A DNA stretch of 47,459 bases from a virus: positions 1 to 47,459 of the IMG/VR virus record IMGVR_UViG_3300045988_079530; one strand, written 5' to 3'. Shown piece by piece: positions 9,188-17,744 of the stretch (positions are counted from its first letter, which is position 1; the number at the start of each line of letters is the position of its first letter). The position numbers and the translations under genes were made by a program. Under the pieces are notes generated by a model that was not told the origin of the DNA, did not search any database, and saw only the letters and a list, made by a program, of their open reading frames with translations.

Positions 9188-9834
9188 TCTGCCGCCTTTT
9201 TAAGATCAGTTAAAGCATTAAAATCAGAAGGCTTAACCCTAACAAGGTTATCAGACCAGTTAGGCATGAACTTCCAGCTAATAGCATTGCTGTCCGGAGC
9301 TTCCAGCCCTCCCAAGTTCTTATCTCCGATAAATAGACCATAGATAGGAATAGGGGTATATTTGGTCGGTTGTGCAGGATCATCAGCAATAGCGCCTAAC
9401 TCTCCATTTTCATCGACCAAGAACACACCTAAAGCGCCCTCGCATTGCAGTTTCTTCAAAGCCTTAATAGTGTCTTGGTGTTCTTGCAACAAGTTACCGC
9501 TAAAAGGTGTAGGCTCTCTACCGATATTGATTTCCACACCTCCCAAAGTTTCGTTTCCACCTCCATACGTTCTAGCTGCGCCCGGCTCTGTAGTAGGAGC
9601 AGTAATATATGGGGAAACTACTACCTTAGTTCCATCCGCTGCTGCTAGCAAGGTAGTCCAGCTAGCCAGCTTGGTAATGTCTTTAGTAGTTTTCACGAAC
9701 TCGTTCTTTACCCCGGCTGCGCTTTCCAAACGCTGGAAAATAACTTTCTGAATCTGTCCGAAGCTATCCGGGCATTCGTACAAAGGTACGTCCGGGAGAC
9801 TTGCTCCCAAAGGGCAATCACATACTAAACCCAT
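9184..9834 (-). CDS. Hypothetical abundant structural protein (possible major tail/tube protein)
   Basis: 216 aa, beta-rich in composition, with its own near-consensus promoter. G+C and codon usage look richer than in the neighbouring genes. Confidence 0.4.
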   Translation of the reverse strand: MGLVCDCPLGASLPDVPLYECPDSFGQIQKVIFQRLESAAGVKNEFVKTTKDITKLASWTTLLAAADGTKVVVSPYITAPTTEPGAARTYGGGNETLGGVEINIGREPTPFSGNLLQEHQDTIKALKKLQCEGALGVFLVDENGELGAIADDPAQPTKYTPIPIYGLFIGDKNLGGLEAPDSNAISWKFMPNWSDNLVRVKPSDFNALTDLKKAAE

Positions 9835-9896
9835 AATTCAAGAATTTTAGTTAAACAATATGTTAATTATATAGGGCTTTCCCTTTGCCCTGTGGC

Positions 9897-9928
9897 ACAA
9901 AAATAGTGCATAATCTTGTAAATGCCAA
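9897..9928 (-). promoter_or_regulatory. Bacteroidota-type promoter (TTTG-N20-TATTTTTG)
   Basis: On the minus strand, TTTGGCATTTACAAGATTATGCACTATTTTTG lies in the 98-bp gap after the TerL stop. Confidence 0.5.
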
Positions 9929-9932
9929 AATT

Positions 9933-11489
9933 TTAGTTCTTTAATTCGATTCCTTCATCATTGATTAATATCTCCTTCTCTATTATTCCAGTAAGCGCGT
10001 CTGCTGCATCATCATGGGCATTCGCTTTAAAGTTTCTTAGGAAGTTAGTAACGTGCTTGTAGAACAAAGGGAAACGGGTTTCCCAGTCAAATGGCATAAC
10101 TACATGGTAAGAAACTAGGCCAGCATTCGTAACAATTCTACTTTCCTTATTCCCGGTCTGAGTAAACCAGTTAATATCAGTTCTAGTCTTTTTCTGTATA
10201 ATCTTAGAAAAAGCCTTTCCTCCGTTGTTACTTTCAACATTGGCATACTGGGTTACTTCTCTATTCAGCATCATCGGAACGCTCTCTGTCGTTACTTCTA
10301 TAGGTTCATCCGTATATATTACATCTGTTACCATTATCCATTTTACAGGATTTCCCTTTTCGTCTTTAGCTTCATTAGACAGAACCAAGTTATAGTTAAT
10401 AGAACACAAATAGTCTGTTCCTTCATCAGCGCAATCGGTATAATTGCCCTTAGAGATCAAAGTACCCCAGTCCTGCCATCTGATATAGGTTTTATTAATG
10501 CTATACAGAAGACCTACAGAAGTACCCGGGAAACCTTGATACAGGCAATCGAATTGAACCTTATCTAGCTTTCTTTTAGCAAGCAGGCTGGCTAGATTAT
10601 GTCTACCCGGCCACAAAACGTCGCCCACCTCTCTAGGATCTAGCTCTGATTTATCAGTTGTCTTAATAGCTTCGAAGTTAATCTTAACCCAAGCACCTTC
10701 CGGAATATTATGCAGATCCTTTTCGTCTTTAACTTCTATAATCTTTTCTTCCTTCTCCAGCTTACCAATAATATCATCAGAATGCCATCGGGTAAACACG
10801 ATCAATCTTTGGCTATTATTATGCATACGTGTTTCTACTACGGTCGTATACCAGTTCCAAGCTGCTTCCCTTACTACAGGTGAGTTAGCTTCCTTATAGT
10901 CCTTATAGACATCATCTAGGATCATTATGTCTACTGATTTACCTGTCAGCGGCCCCCCACGACCTACTACTCTTAAACCTCCAGTATGTCCCACGCATTC
11001 TATTACATCGCTATTTCTCTGATAAACGCTAGATCCGGAATTTTTCTTGCTTCTAGATAAAAAGGTTTCCGGGAAAAGCTCTCTGTATTCTTCCGTATCT
11101 ATAATCTTTTGTACGTCTCTATTAAAGTCTCTAGCGAATCCTGTAGAATAGCTCCCAATAGCTATTTTTTTGTCGGGGTTATTCCCTAGAACAAAAGAGG
11201 GCATTATACGGCTAGATCCTTCGCTTTTCCCATGCTGAGGAGGCATAGTAACAATTAGCCTTTTAATCTCTCCGTGTGCAAATTTATTAAGGATCTTATA
11301 ATAAACCTTATGGAAAGGCTGTATATCTAGATTCGGTTTCATATACCGGGCATAACACAGCAGGTCAATCCTAGCAGCAGCCTTAACTACCTCTTTAGGG
11401 TTGTTCTTGACAAATTGCAATGCAGAAACAGCAGGATCTACATTCTTACTTTCTTTTTGTTGTTTCTTCCTATTTTGCACAACAGCCAT
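9933..11489 (-). CDS. terL: Terminase large subunit
   Basis: Walker A-like PPQHGKSE, Walker B IMILDDVY, and the C-terminal nuclease motif NAHDDAADALTG. The likely start is MAVVQNRKK at 11489. Confidence 0.9.
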   Translation of the reverse strand: MAVVQNRKKQQKESKNVDPAVSALQFVKNNPKEVVKAAARIDLLCYARYMKPNLDIQPFHKVYYKILNKFAHGEIKRLIVTMPPQHGKSEGSSRIMPSFVLGNNPDKKIAIGSYSTGFARDFNRDVQKIIDTEEYRELFPETFLSRSKKNSGSSVYQRNSDVIECVGHTGGLRVVGRGGPLTGKSVDIMILDDVYKDYKEANSPVVREAAWNWYTTVVETRMHNNSQRLIVFTRWHSDDIIGKLEKEEKIIEVKDEKDLHNIPEGAWVKINFEAIKTTDKSELDPREVGDVLWPGRHNLASLLAKRKLDKVQFDCLYQGFPGTSVGLLYSINKTYIRWQDWGTLISKGNYTDCADEGTDYLCSINYNLVLSNEAKDEKGNPVKWIMVTDVIYTDEPIEVTTESVPMMLNREVTQYANVESNNGGKAFSKIIQKKTRTDINWFTQTGNKESRIVTNAGLVSYHVVMPFDWETRFPLFYKHVTNFLRNFKANAHDDAADALTGIIEKEILINDEGIELKN

Positions 11490-11493
11490 TTTT

Positions 11494-11727
11494 TTACTTT
11501 TTTGCTTTCCATTTGTCGCATCCCTTTTCACTTCTTATTCTTTTACGATTTCTCGTGTGTGGGCATTCTAGGCAAATGGGCATACCTTCTATATCGTAGT
11601 TTGAATCATCGCTTAAAAATGTTCCTAAGGCGCAATTTCCGCACCTTCTATCTATACTATCTATAGGTTTTTCAATTTTCTTCTTTCTTGCTGCCATTTT
11701 CTTGCTCCATTCGTTTATTAAATTCAT
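11494..11727 (-). CDS. Small zinc-ribbon protein (CxxC...CxxC)
   Basis: 77 aa with RRCGNCALG...PICLECPH. It fits between TerS and the corrected TerL start, and overlaps the TerS 3' end. Confidence 0.4.
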   Translation of the reverse strand: MNLINEWSKKMAARKKKIEKPIDSIDRRCGNCALGTFLSDDSNYDIEGMPICLECPHTRNRKRIRSEKGCDKWKAKK

Positions 11728-12247
11728 CCTCCTGTATCATTCCAGCTATCCTTATCAGTTCATCTTTAGGAACAGCACTAATATCGTAGTTTATTCCACT
11801 GGAACTTTCTTCCTTAGGCGGCTGGTTATATACATCTACTTCATTTTTCTGTCTGTTCTTCCATCTTTCCGGGGCTATATTGGTAAGAAGGAATATCCCA
11901 GCTCCTATATTAGGCTCTACACGGATATTTTTCTGTGTCTGCTTAACCGGAACACGTCTAGCCCCTACGTCCTTAAACTCCGTGATCGTCTGAATATATT
12001 CATAGCCTTTAGCTGCATTAGCCATCGACTTAACTATGTCAGTCTCCAGTGATTTTTTGAAGTCCTCTTTCGCCTTTTTTATAGCTTCTGAAAATTCGGA
12101 TTTCTTCATCCAGTTGTAATAGGTCACATTATCAATTCCGAAATGGCTGCAAAAATACCCCAGTTTAGCACCTCCATAGTCTATAAGGCCATTCTCTCTA
12201 ACCCATTCGACCATATCATCCACTAATTCTTTTCTGTACTTTGCCAT
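11672..12247 (-). CDS. terS: Terminase small subunit (putative)
   Basis: 191 aa immediately upstream of TerL, with an N-terminal HTH-like segment (LGYFCSHFGIDNVTYYNWMKK). Confidence 0.5.
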   Translation of the reverse strand: MAKYRKELVDDMVEWVRENGLIDYGGAKLGYFCSHFGIDNVTYYNWMKKSEFSEAIKKAKEDFKKSLETDIVKSMANAAKGYEYIQTITEFKDVGARRVPVKQTQKNIRVEPNIGAGIFLLTNIAPERWKNRQKNEVDVYNQPPKEESSSGINYDISAVPKDELIRIAGMIQEDEFNKRMEQENGSKKEEN

Positions 12248-12248
12248 A

Positions 12249-13166
12249 TCATCTTAATTTAAAATTCCTTTTAGGCTCATTCGTAAACGGGACATCTTCC
12301 GGGTAAGCATCCCATTCTATATTACTTCTATCTCCCTTCATAATGCAGGGGAACAGGTACCTATAATTGATCCTATGGCGGATTCTTCCTCCGTTCATAG
12401 GCTGCTTTTCCGCATGTATTGCAGAAGGAAACTGCAAAGGAGTAACCATAGCTTTATTATACAGCTTGCATTCATTATACAGATCCGTAAGACCTCCTTT
12501 AGCTGTAGCGGATAAGGTTTGCAACAATGTAAGGCCGGATCTTAATGAACCAGTAAAATATCCTTCATTCATTACTCCAGTATATAAAGACGTATCATTA
12601 TCCTGCACACCTCTTTCTCCCCTGTAGACATAAGGCAAAAGAACAAAGGTAGTATTCATTACCTTTCGTCTGAATAACCTCTTATCAATGGAGCTGCTAG
12701 AATACATATCCCCGGTTTGGCTCAAACCAAAAAGACCTATATGATGTTTTCTCATAAACATTTCCATCCATTCGAAATATCGTAGCAGATCATCTATTAC
12801 GGCCACCCTAACATATAGCGTAAATATTCTAAGCTGTAAGTTTTGGGTATCATCATCCTGCACCATGTAGAAGTCTATTCCGTTTTCTTTGGCGAAGTCC
12901 ATAAACATATTTCTTGCCTGCCCTGCACTTCTAAGAGAAGGGGATGCCCTATGTATATAATCGTATCTTTCCCGGGCTTCATTCATATCAAAGACGTGTA
13001 TATTAACTCCTAGAGGTTCTAGGTTTTTCCTATACTCTTCAATATCATCAGCCTCGCTATCTAAGAATACATGAATCTTTTTAGGATCGTACCCCAGCTT
13101 TAGGTAATATCTCACGGTCTTGCAGTTATCCGGCCTGTGGTATGAAGGAATAAATATATCTACCAT
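12249..13166 (-). CDS. GT-A-fold glycosyltransferase-like protein (putative)
   Basis: The N-terminal strand VDIFIPSYHRPDN resembles the GT2 IIPTYNRP start, and VQDDDT is a possible DxD motif. Not verified by search. Confidence 0.35.
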   Translation of the reverse strand: MVDIFIPSYHRPDNCKTVRYYLKLGYDPKKIHVFLDSEADDIEEYRKNLEPLGVNIHVFDMNEARERYDYIHRASPSLRSAGQARNMFMDFAKENGIDFYMVQDDDTQNLQLRIFTLYVRVAVIDDLLRYFEWMEMFMRKHHIGLFGLSQTGDMYSSSSIDKRLFRRKVMNTTFVLLPYVYRGERGVQDNDTSLYTGVMNEGYFTGSLRSGLTLLQTLSATAKGGLTDLYNECKLYNKAMVTPLQFPSAIHAEKQPMNGGRIRHRINYRYLFPCIMKGDRSNIEWDAYPEDVPFTNEPKRNFKLR

Positions 13167-14041
13167 TACTCGCCCTCCGCGTTAATATAATTAACATCTG
13201 ACTTTAAAATTCTCAGCATATCATCCTCTATGAATCCTTGATGCCCATTATCTATAAGCACAAGTCTAAGCCTTTCCATAGCCTTTTTTTCTTCCTCTGT
13301 TGCGTTGTAAGCATAGTAATTAGCAACAGCTTCAAAGTCTATCTTTATAAACCGATAAGCAAATAGTTTTAATGTCTCTTTCTGCTTTGGGGTTAAATTA
13401 TACCCATCTAAAGCCTTTACTTTGGCATTGAATTTTTCTAGGTTAATGCAGTCCTTTAATTTTAATTTCGGAGCATTTTTGGGTTCATAATAAATTCCTT
13501 CGTATTCAATCTCTGACAGCTTTTCAGTCTCAGAAATTTTCACGTTACCCTTCTTAGGCTTCCAGTCGTCCGGGAAATCTAAGCCCCATTCAGCTAAAGA
13601 GCTAGTGTCCCAGTTCTCTTGCAGCTGAGCGAAATCCCACTCTCCAAATGAGTTATTATCCTTAATGATAAACTGCTTTTTTTCATCCTCAGTCAATGTA
13701 TTACCATTGATAATAGAAACCTGTTTATCCTTTAGCCATACCTTCCAAAAGTTTATCAAAGCCTCCTGCTCTTCTTTAGACATCTTTTTGAAGTCAGAAG
13801 TTTCCAAGACACGATCTTTGATTTTTTCTACTGACATATAGGCTATTTTCCTTAGAGCCTCTGTCCTTTGGTTTCCTCCCAACACGACAAAGTTACTATC
13901 CACAACAATGGGCCTTATCTCCATCATCTTAGGAAAAACTAATATCGAATCTATAAGTCTTTCTAGCTTCTCCTTAGTGATAGTTCTAGGATTGTTTTCA
14001 TTAATCTTAATCTGATTAAGTTTTACTTTAATTGTTTCCAT
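13166..14041 (-). CDS. ParB-like nuclease domain protein
   Basis: N-terminal IKINENNPRTI...VVLGGNQRTEAL matches the ParB/Srx NPR and GGxxR motifs. Confidence 0.7.
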   Translation of the reverse strand: METIKVKLNQIKINENNPRTITKEKLERLIDSILVFPKMMEIRPIVVDSNFVVLGGNQRTEALRKIAYMSVEKIKDRVLETSDFKKMSKEEQEALINFWKVWLKDKQVSIINGNTLTEDEKKQFIIKDNNSFGEWDFAQLQENWDTSSLAEWGLDFPDDWKPKKGNVKISETEKLSEIEYEGIYYEPKNAPKLKLKDCINLEKFNAKVKALDGYNLTPKQKETLKLFAYRFIKIDFEAVANYYAYNATEEEKKAMERLRLVLIDNGHQGFIEDDMLRILKSDVNYINAEGE

Positions 14042-14045
14042 TCCT

Positions 14046-14174
14046 TTAATTTAATTTTTCCCTCTTGAAATAATAAGTTATCTTATAGTCTGCATAGAAC
14101 ACCCCACACATTTCCCATCCTTCATTTCCTAAGAAATTAAGATCTAAGCAGTCATTCATGCCTACCGTGATCAT
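14046..14174 (-). CDS. Possible small ORF (42 aa)
   Basis: MITVGMNDCLDLNFLGNEGWEMCGVFYADYKITYYFKREKLN fills the gap between two genes. It is below the ORF-track cutoff. Confidence 0.25.
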   Translation of the reverse strand: MITVGMNDCLDLNFLGNEGWEMCGVFYADYKITYYFKREKLN

Positions 14175-14181
14175 TTTATAC

Positions 14182-14385
14182 TCAAACTTTTTCATACTTC
14201 ATATTTTTGTGTCCAATATGATACTTTCCACATACCGGACATTTATAACTACTATATTTATCTATCAGCCTTTTTTCTTTGATATATTTATCAGCCTCTT
14301 CTTTAGTCTGATAAGATCTCTTAGCTTTCCTCTTCCTTCCCTTCTTTTTATTCCAGTGACATCTAGGCAAAAAATTGTATTTCAT
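14182..14385 (-). CDS. Small basic zinc-ribbon protein
   Basis: 67 aa, K/R-rich, with CHW...KCPVCGKYH. Confidence 0.45.
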   Translation of the reverse strand: MKYNFLPRCHWNKKKGRKRKAKRSYQTKEEADKYIKEKRLIDKYSSYKCPVCGKYHIGHKNMKYEKV

Positions 14386-14636
14386 TTCGGCTCAAATTCT
14401 CTATGGAATAGTTGGCTACTCTTAACCTCCAGTCTGCCATTTCCATGCTTGATAAGCCAGCTACCTTGCCAAAGCACAACGCTAAGACCGGGAATTATAT
14501 AATAGCAATTATAATAACTTTTTTCGCCTTCCACCTTTTTTACGTCTCCGGCAAATTGTCTCAGCTCTTCAAGGTTATTTTCTTTCGCTTGAATAGCTTC
14601 TACTTCCTCTAAGATTCTAACATATTTTTTTGGCAT
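14382..14636 (-). CDS. Hypothetical protein (84 aa)
   Basis: The likely start is MPKKYVRILEE at 14636. The ORF-track start at 14699 would run through the terminator/promoter. Confidence 0.5.
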   Translation of the reverse strand: MPKKYVRILEEVEAIQAKENNLEELRQFAGDVKKVEGEKSYYNCYYIIPGLSVVLWQGSWLIKHGNGRLEVKSSQLFHREFEPK

Positions 14637-14669
14637 AATAAAAACTATATAATTAATTACTAAACAGCA

Positions 14670-14700
14670 CAAATTTAATGTTATTTTCCATAAAAACAAA
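14670..14700 (-). promoter_or_regulatory. Bacteroidota-type promoter (TTTG-N19-TAAATTTG)
   Basis: Read on the minus strand. The -33 TTTG is part of the upstream terminator's U-tract. Confidence 0.5.
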
Positions 14701-14723
14701 GCCGGAAGATCTTAACTTCCGGC
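14690..14723 (-). terminator. Rho-independent terminator
   Basis: Perfect 8-bp stem GCCGGAAG/CTTCCGGC with a 7-nt loop, then TTTGTTTTTAT on the minus strand. Confidence 0.8.
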
Positions 14724-14740
14724 ATTTATTAAAAATTTAA

Positions 14741-15220
14741 TTACCTATCTAAATGGGTTGGATATTCCATAATTACATCTTTAGTGTATACTAGATTAAA
14801 TATACCCAGCTGGCCTTTTACAGGGAACTCTATAACCTTTCTCGGATCTCTTAAAAACCATCCAAAGCCTTTCCCTTTTTCCTTTAATTGCTGAATAATG
14901 TAGGATGGGATCTTAGTTCTCTTCCATTCTTCATCGGTCAGCTCAGACAAAGGTTTGCAGTCATACATTTGCACGAATGCTATTGTGCATCCATATCTAT
15001 TGCTATCTCCAGTCTTAGACATTCCATCTTTGCTAGCACAAATAAGGAGTTTCCCTCGATACTTATTAGGTCTACTTCTGACCTCTATAGTTTTTTCTCC
15101 GCTAGCTATATATCCAGCATAAGGCTGTTTTACTGACAAAGCCTTAAATATATCATGCTTTTCTGCATCGTATTGTTTTACCGAGTATTGCATCTTATTT
15201 ATATTTGGGTGTCCTTTCAA
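14741..15220 (-). CDS. ASCH (PUA-like) domain protein
   Basis: ALSVKQPYAGYIASGEKTIEVRSRP matches the ASCH N-terminal signature. Confidence 0.6.
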   Translation of the reverse strand: MKGHPNINKMQYSVKQYDAEKHDIFKALSVKQPYAGYIASGEKTIEVRSRPNKYRGKLLICASKDGMSKTGDSNRYGCTIAFVQMYDCKPLSELTDEEWKRTKIPSYIIQQLKEKGKGFGWFLRDPRKVIEFPVKGQLGIFNLVYTKDVIMEYPTHLDR

Positions 15221-15388
15221 TTTTTATCCAAACAGGTATAATCATCAGCAGGTAATAAGTAGTTTTATAGTCTGCTTGTCCTGTTCTTGGATTGAAATAA
15301 GTTATCTCTCTCTTTTTTCTTATTATCATCCATCTAAGGATCACAATAATTACTATAATAGAATTAATTATAATTTTAACGTACTTCA
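15195..15388 (-). CDS. Small membrane protein
   Basis: MKYVKIIINSIIVIIVILRW... has a hydrophobic helix. The ATG is at 15388; the ORF-track start at 15398 is a TTG. Confidence 0.4.
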
Positions 15389-15394
15389 TATTTA

Positions 15395-15805
15395 TCAAAA
15401 TGGTAAATCGTCTTTTTCATTATTTGTCATAGGTGGAGGCGGTGTTTCTGTACTACCTTTTTGTCCTTCTTTTTTAGGTGTCAGCATCTCCATGTTATTT
15501 ACATATATCTCCGTTACATATCTTTTAATTCCGTTTGAATCTTCATAGCTTCTATTTCTTATCTCTCCCTCAACGTATAATTTATCTCCCTTTTTCAAGA
15601 ATTTTTCCGCTACTTTAGCAAGGCCATTAGATAAAACTATATTATGCCATTCAGTACGTTCGGGAATTTCCTTTCCATCTGTAGTTTTAAATCCTTTCTT
15701 TGTAGTAGCTAAAGTAAATTGCGCTACTACTCCACCATTTCCAAATTGAGTAATTTCCGGATCTTTTCCTAAATTACCCATTAAAATTGCTTTATTTACA
15801 CTCAT
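15395..15805 (-). CDS. ssb: Single-stranded DNA-binding protein
   Basis: OB-fold start MSVNKAILMGNLGKDPE, TEWHNIV, and the acidic C-terminal tip DDLPF. Confidence 0.9.
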   Translation of the reverse strand: MSVNKAILMGNLGKDPEITQFGNGGVVAQFTLATTKKGFKTTDGKEIPERTEWHNIVLSNGLAKVAEKFLKKGDKLYVEGEIRNRSYEDSNGIKRYVTEIYVNNMEMLTPKKEGQKGSTETPPPPMTNNEKDDLPF

Positions 15806-15816
15806 AACTTTCTGTT

Positions 15817-16203
15817 TTAGTTTTTAAATTTAGGCCGTTCCAGTAAATATCTTTTTTTATTGTCACTCCATCCGGCTGCTTGGTTTAGAGCCTTCCTGTC
15901 TTCGTCATGCACGAATTCATACCATCCTGTTGTACTATCATTTATCCCTTTCTTTTCTACCAAAATAACCTGTTTCCCGACAAAGTATTTGGCATACTTA
16001 GAATACTGGCATATTTGATTAATACTAATTATCCTCTTAATGTCTCCTACTTCTGTTTTAGGAGGGATATTAATTTCACACGATTTTCCTTTTTCCGGGA
16101 CTTTATTATGCTTTAGGTATATTCTCTCAGCATAAAAATCTTTCGCTATAGATCGCCTTGAAATAGCTTCAAAATCGGCCTTCCTTTTTGATCCTATTCT
16201 CAT
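15817..16203 (-). CDS. Hypothetical protein (128 aa)
   Basis: ORF tightly packed in the operon, with no motif. Confidence 0.55.
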   Translation of the reverse strand: MRIGSKRKADFEAISRRSIAKDFYAERIYLKHNKVPEKGKSCEINIPPKTEVGDIKRIISINQICQYSKYAKYFVGKQVILVEKKGINDSTTGWYEFVHDEDRKALNQAAGWSDNKKRYLLERPKFKN

Positions 16204-16204
16204 A

Positions 16205-16456
16205 TCATTTAAATTTAAAATTTTCCAATTTATTTATTTGCTTTATAAGGCTTTCAATCTTTTTTTTTCGTCTTTTTTCCGCGTTCTTTACGGCATCTTC
16301 TTTTTCAAAAAACGCTTCCGAACCGATACCGTAAGAAGAATAATCTCCGTTTACGAAAGCTCTTAAATGACCATTTCCAAAGTCTTCTACCCTTGCTTCC
16401 TTTTCTAAAATTCCTCTTGTCAAGGCATACTTAGTGATATAAACTTTCTTTCCCAC
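16205..16456 (-). CDS. Hypothetical protein (83 aa, GTG start)
   Basis: GGAGGA lies 7 nt upstream of the GTG at 16456. Confidence 0.5.
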   Translation of the reverse strand: MGKKVYITKYALTRGILEKEARVEDFGNGHLRAFVNGDYSSYGIGSEAFFEKEDAVKNAEKRRKKKIESLIKQINKLENFKFK

Positions 16457-16459
16457 ATC

Positions 16460-16762
16460 TCAGTCCTCCAATATTAAATGATTGTGTATTTCATTAATCT
16501 CAATTATATCAATTCCCTTCAATCCAAGCCCTAAAAAACAAACCATTCTTCTATTTTCCCATCCTTTTCTTTTATAAGAAAAAGATATTCCTAAGTCTTT
16601 CGCAATTCTTTCTAAGGCGCTTTGGTATAAAGTGGAATGTGTATTAAGCATATTTCTTGCCCAGTAAACCGGTTCTTCCGTTCTGTAAGGAAGTTCGTAT
16701 TCCTCACGGAACAATACACCTTCCGCGAGGAATTTAACCGAAAATGATCCCCTTTCAAGCAT
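16460..16762 (-). CDS. Hypothetical protein (~100 aa)
   Basis: MLERGSFSVKF at 16762 avoids overlap with the methyltransferase. The ORF-track alternative starts at 16789. Confidence 0.5.
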   Translation of the reverse strand: MLERGSFSVKFLAEGVLFREEYELPYRTEEPVYWARNMLNTHSTLYQSALERIAKDLGISFSYKRKGWENRRMVCFLGLGLKGIDIIEINEIHNHLILED

Positions 16763-16764
16763 TA

Positions 16765-17283
16765 TTATTCTTTCATAAAACAAATCCAATGAGTATTAGA
16801 GCGTTTTCCTGATATATGACCAAATACAGGTTTTTCAGGTGTCAACTTTAAAATCTCAGAAACCTTTATATCTGTATCATTCCACTTAAAAATCAAAAAC
16901 CCACCTGATTTTAATACCCTAAAGCACTCTTTAAAACCTTTTGAAAGCATATCTCGCCAATCGGAATATAGTGCTCCATATTTAATTTGTTGATACCCTG
17001 TTGGCATTGCTTTGTCACTTAAGGATCCATACAAGTCAACCATTTTAGACTTTTTCCCCCGGCTGTAAACTAAATGAGGTGGATCAAATACTACCATAGA
17101 AAAAGTATCATCTCCGTATGGCATTTTAGTAAAATCACATTGAACGTCAGGATTTACTTCAAAGATTCTACCATCACAAAGAGTTGTCTTTACTTTGCGA
17201 ATATCTTGAAATAAAACTCTATTGTATGATTTATCAAAATAAAACATTTTTCCACCGCAGCAAGCATCAAGAATTGGTTTCAT
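16765..17283 (-). CDS. Compact SAM-dependent (DNA N6A/N4C-type) methyltransferase (putative)
   Basis: Motif I-like ILDACCGG and motif IV VVFDPPH, in gamma-like order, in only 172 aa. Confidence 0.55.
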   Translation of the reverse strand: MKPILDACCGGKMFYFDKSYNRVLFQDIRKVKTTLCDGRIFEVNPDVQCDFTKMPYGDDTFSMVVFDPPHLVYSRGKKSKMVDLYGSLSDKAMPTGYQQIKYGALYSDWRDMLSKGFKECFRVLKSGGFLIFKWNDTDIKVSEILKLTPEKPVFGHISGKRSNTHWICFMKE

Positions 17284-17286
17284 AAT

Positions 17287-17634
17287 TTATTCCTCCAAAA
17301 GTTCTTTATTATCGTATATATTACCAATCACTTCAAAATATTTTTCAGTGTCAAAATAACCCATGTAATCAGTAATTCTATCATTATAGCATACAAGCAT
17401 AAACGCTGCATTGCATTCTTGATATTCAACCTTGTATATTCTTCCATAATCATCTTTCAATATATCGCCATCGTATATTTCTTTTTTGTTTTTATCTCTC
17501 ATTCCGGAAAACTGGCATATAGTATTCATATCAACACTTACGGGGAATAGATTAATTCCCTCGTTGTGCATGATTCCGTAACACCAATCCTTACCACTTG
17601 TTTCTTTCGCTCTAAACTTTATTTCTCTTTTCAT
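17287..17634 (-). CDS. YopX-family protein
   Basis: IKFRAK...YDGDILK...GNIYDNKELLE is the typical YopX pattern. Confidence 0.7.
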   Translation of the reverse strand: MKREIKFRAKETSGKDWCYGIMHNEGINLFPVSVDMNTICQFSGMRDKNKKEIYDGDILKDDYGRIYKVEYQECNAAFMLVCYNDRITDYMGYFDTEKYFEVIGNIYDNKELLEE

Positions 17635-17637
17635 ATA

Positions 17638-17742
17638 TCAGTCCTCCTTTCCGCTTATATACTCTGCAAATATCGGACATTGGATGCAATCCCCATCGCA
17701 TTGCGTCTGTTCGCATATATTGTCTAATTCTTGCTCTGTCAT
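17638..17742 (-). CDS. Possible 34-aa Cys-cluster peptide
   Basis: MTEQELDNICEQTQCDGDCIQCPIFAEYISGKED fits exactly between two genes. GGAGGAC lies 5 nt upstream of the ATG. Confidence 0.35.
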   Translation of the reverse strand: MTEQELDNICEQTQCDGDCIQCPIFAEYISGKED

Positions 17743-17744
17743 AA

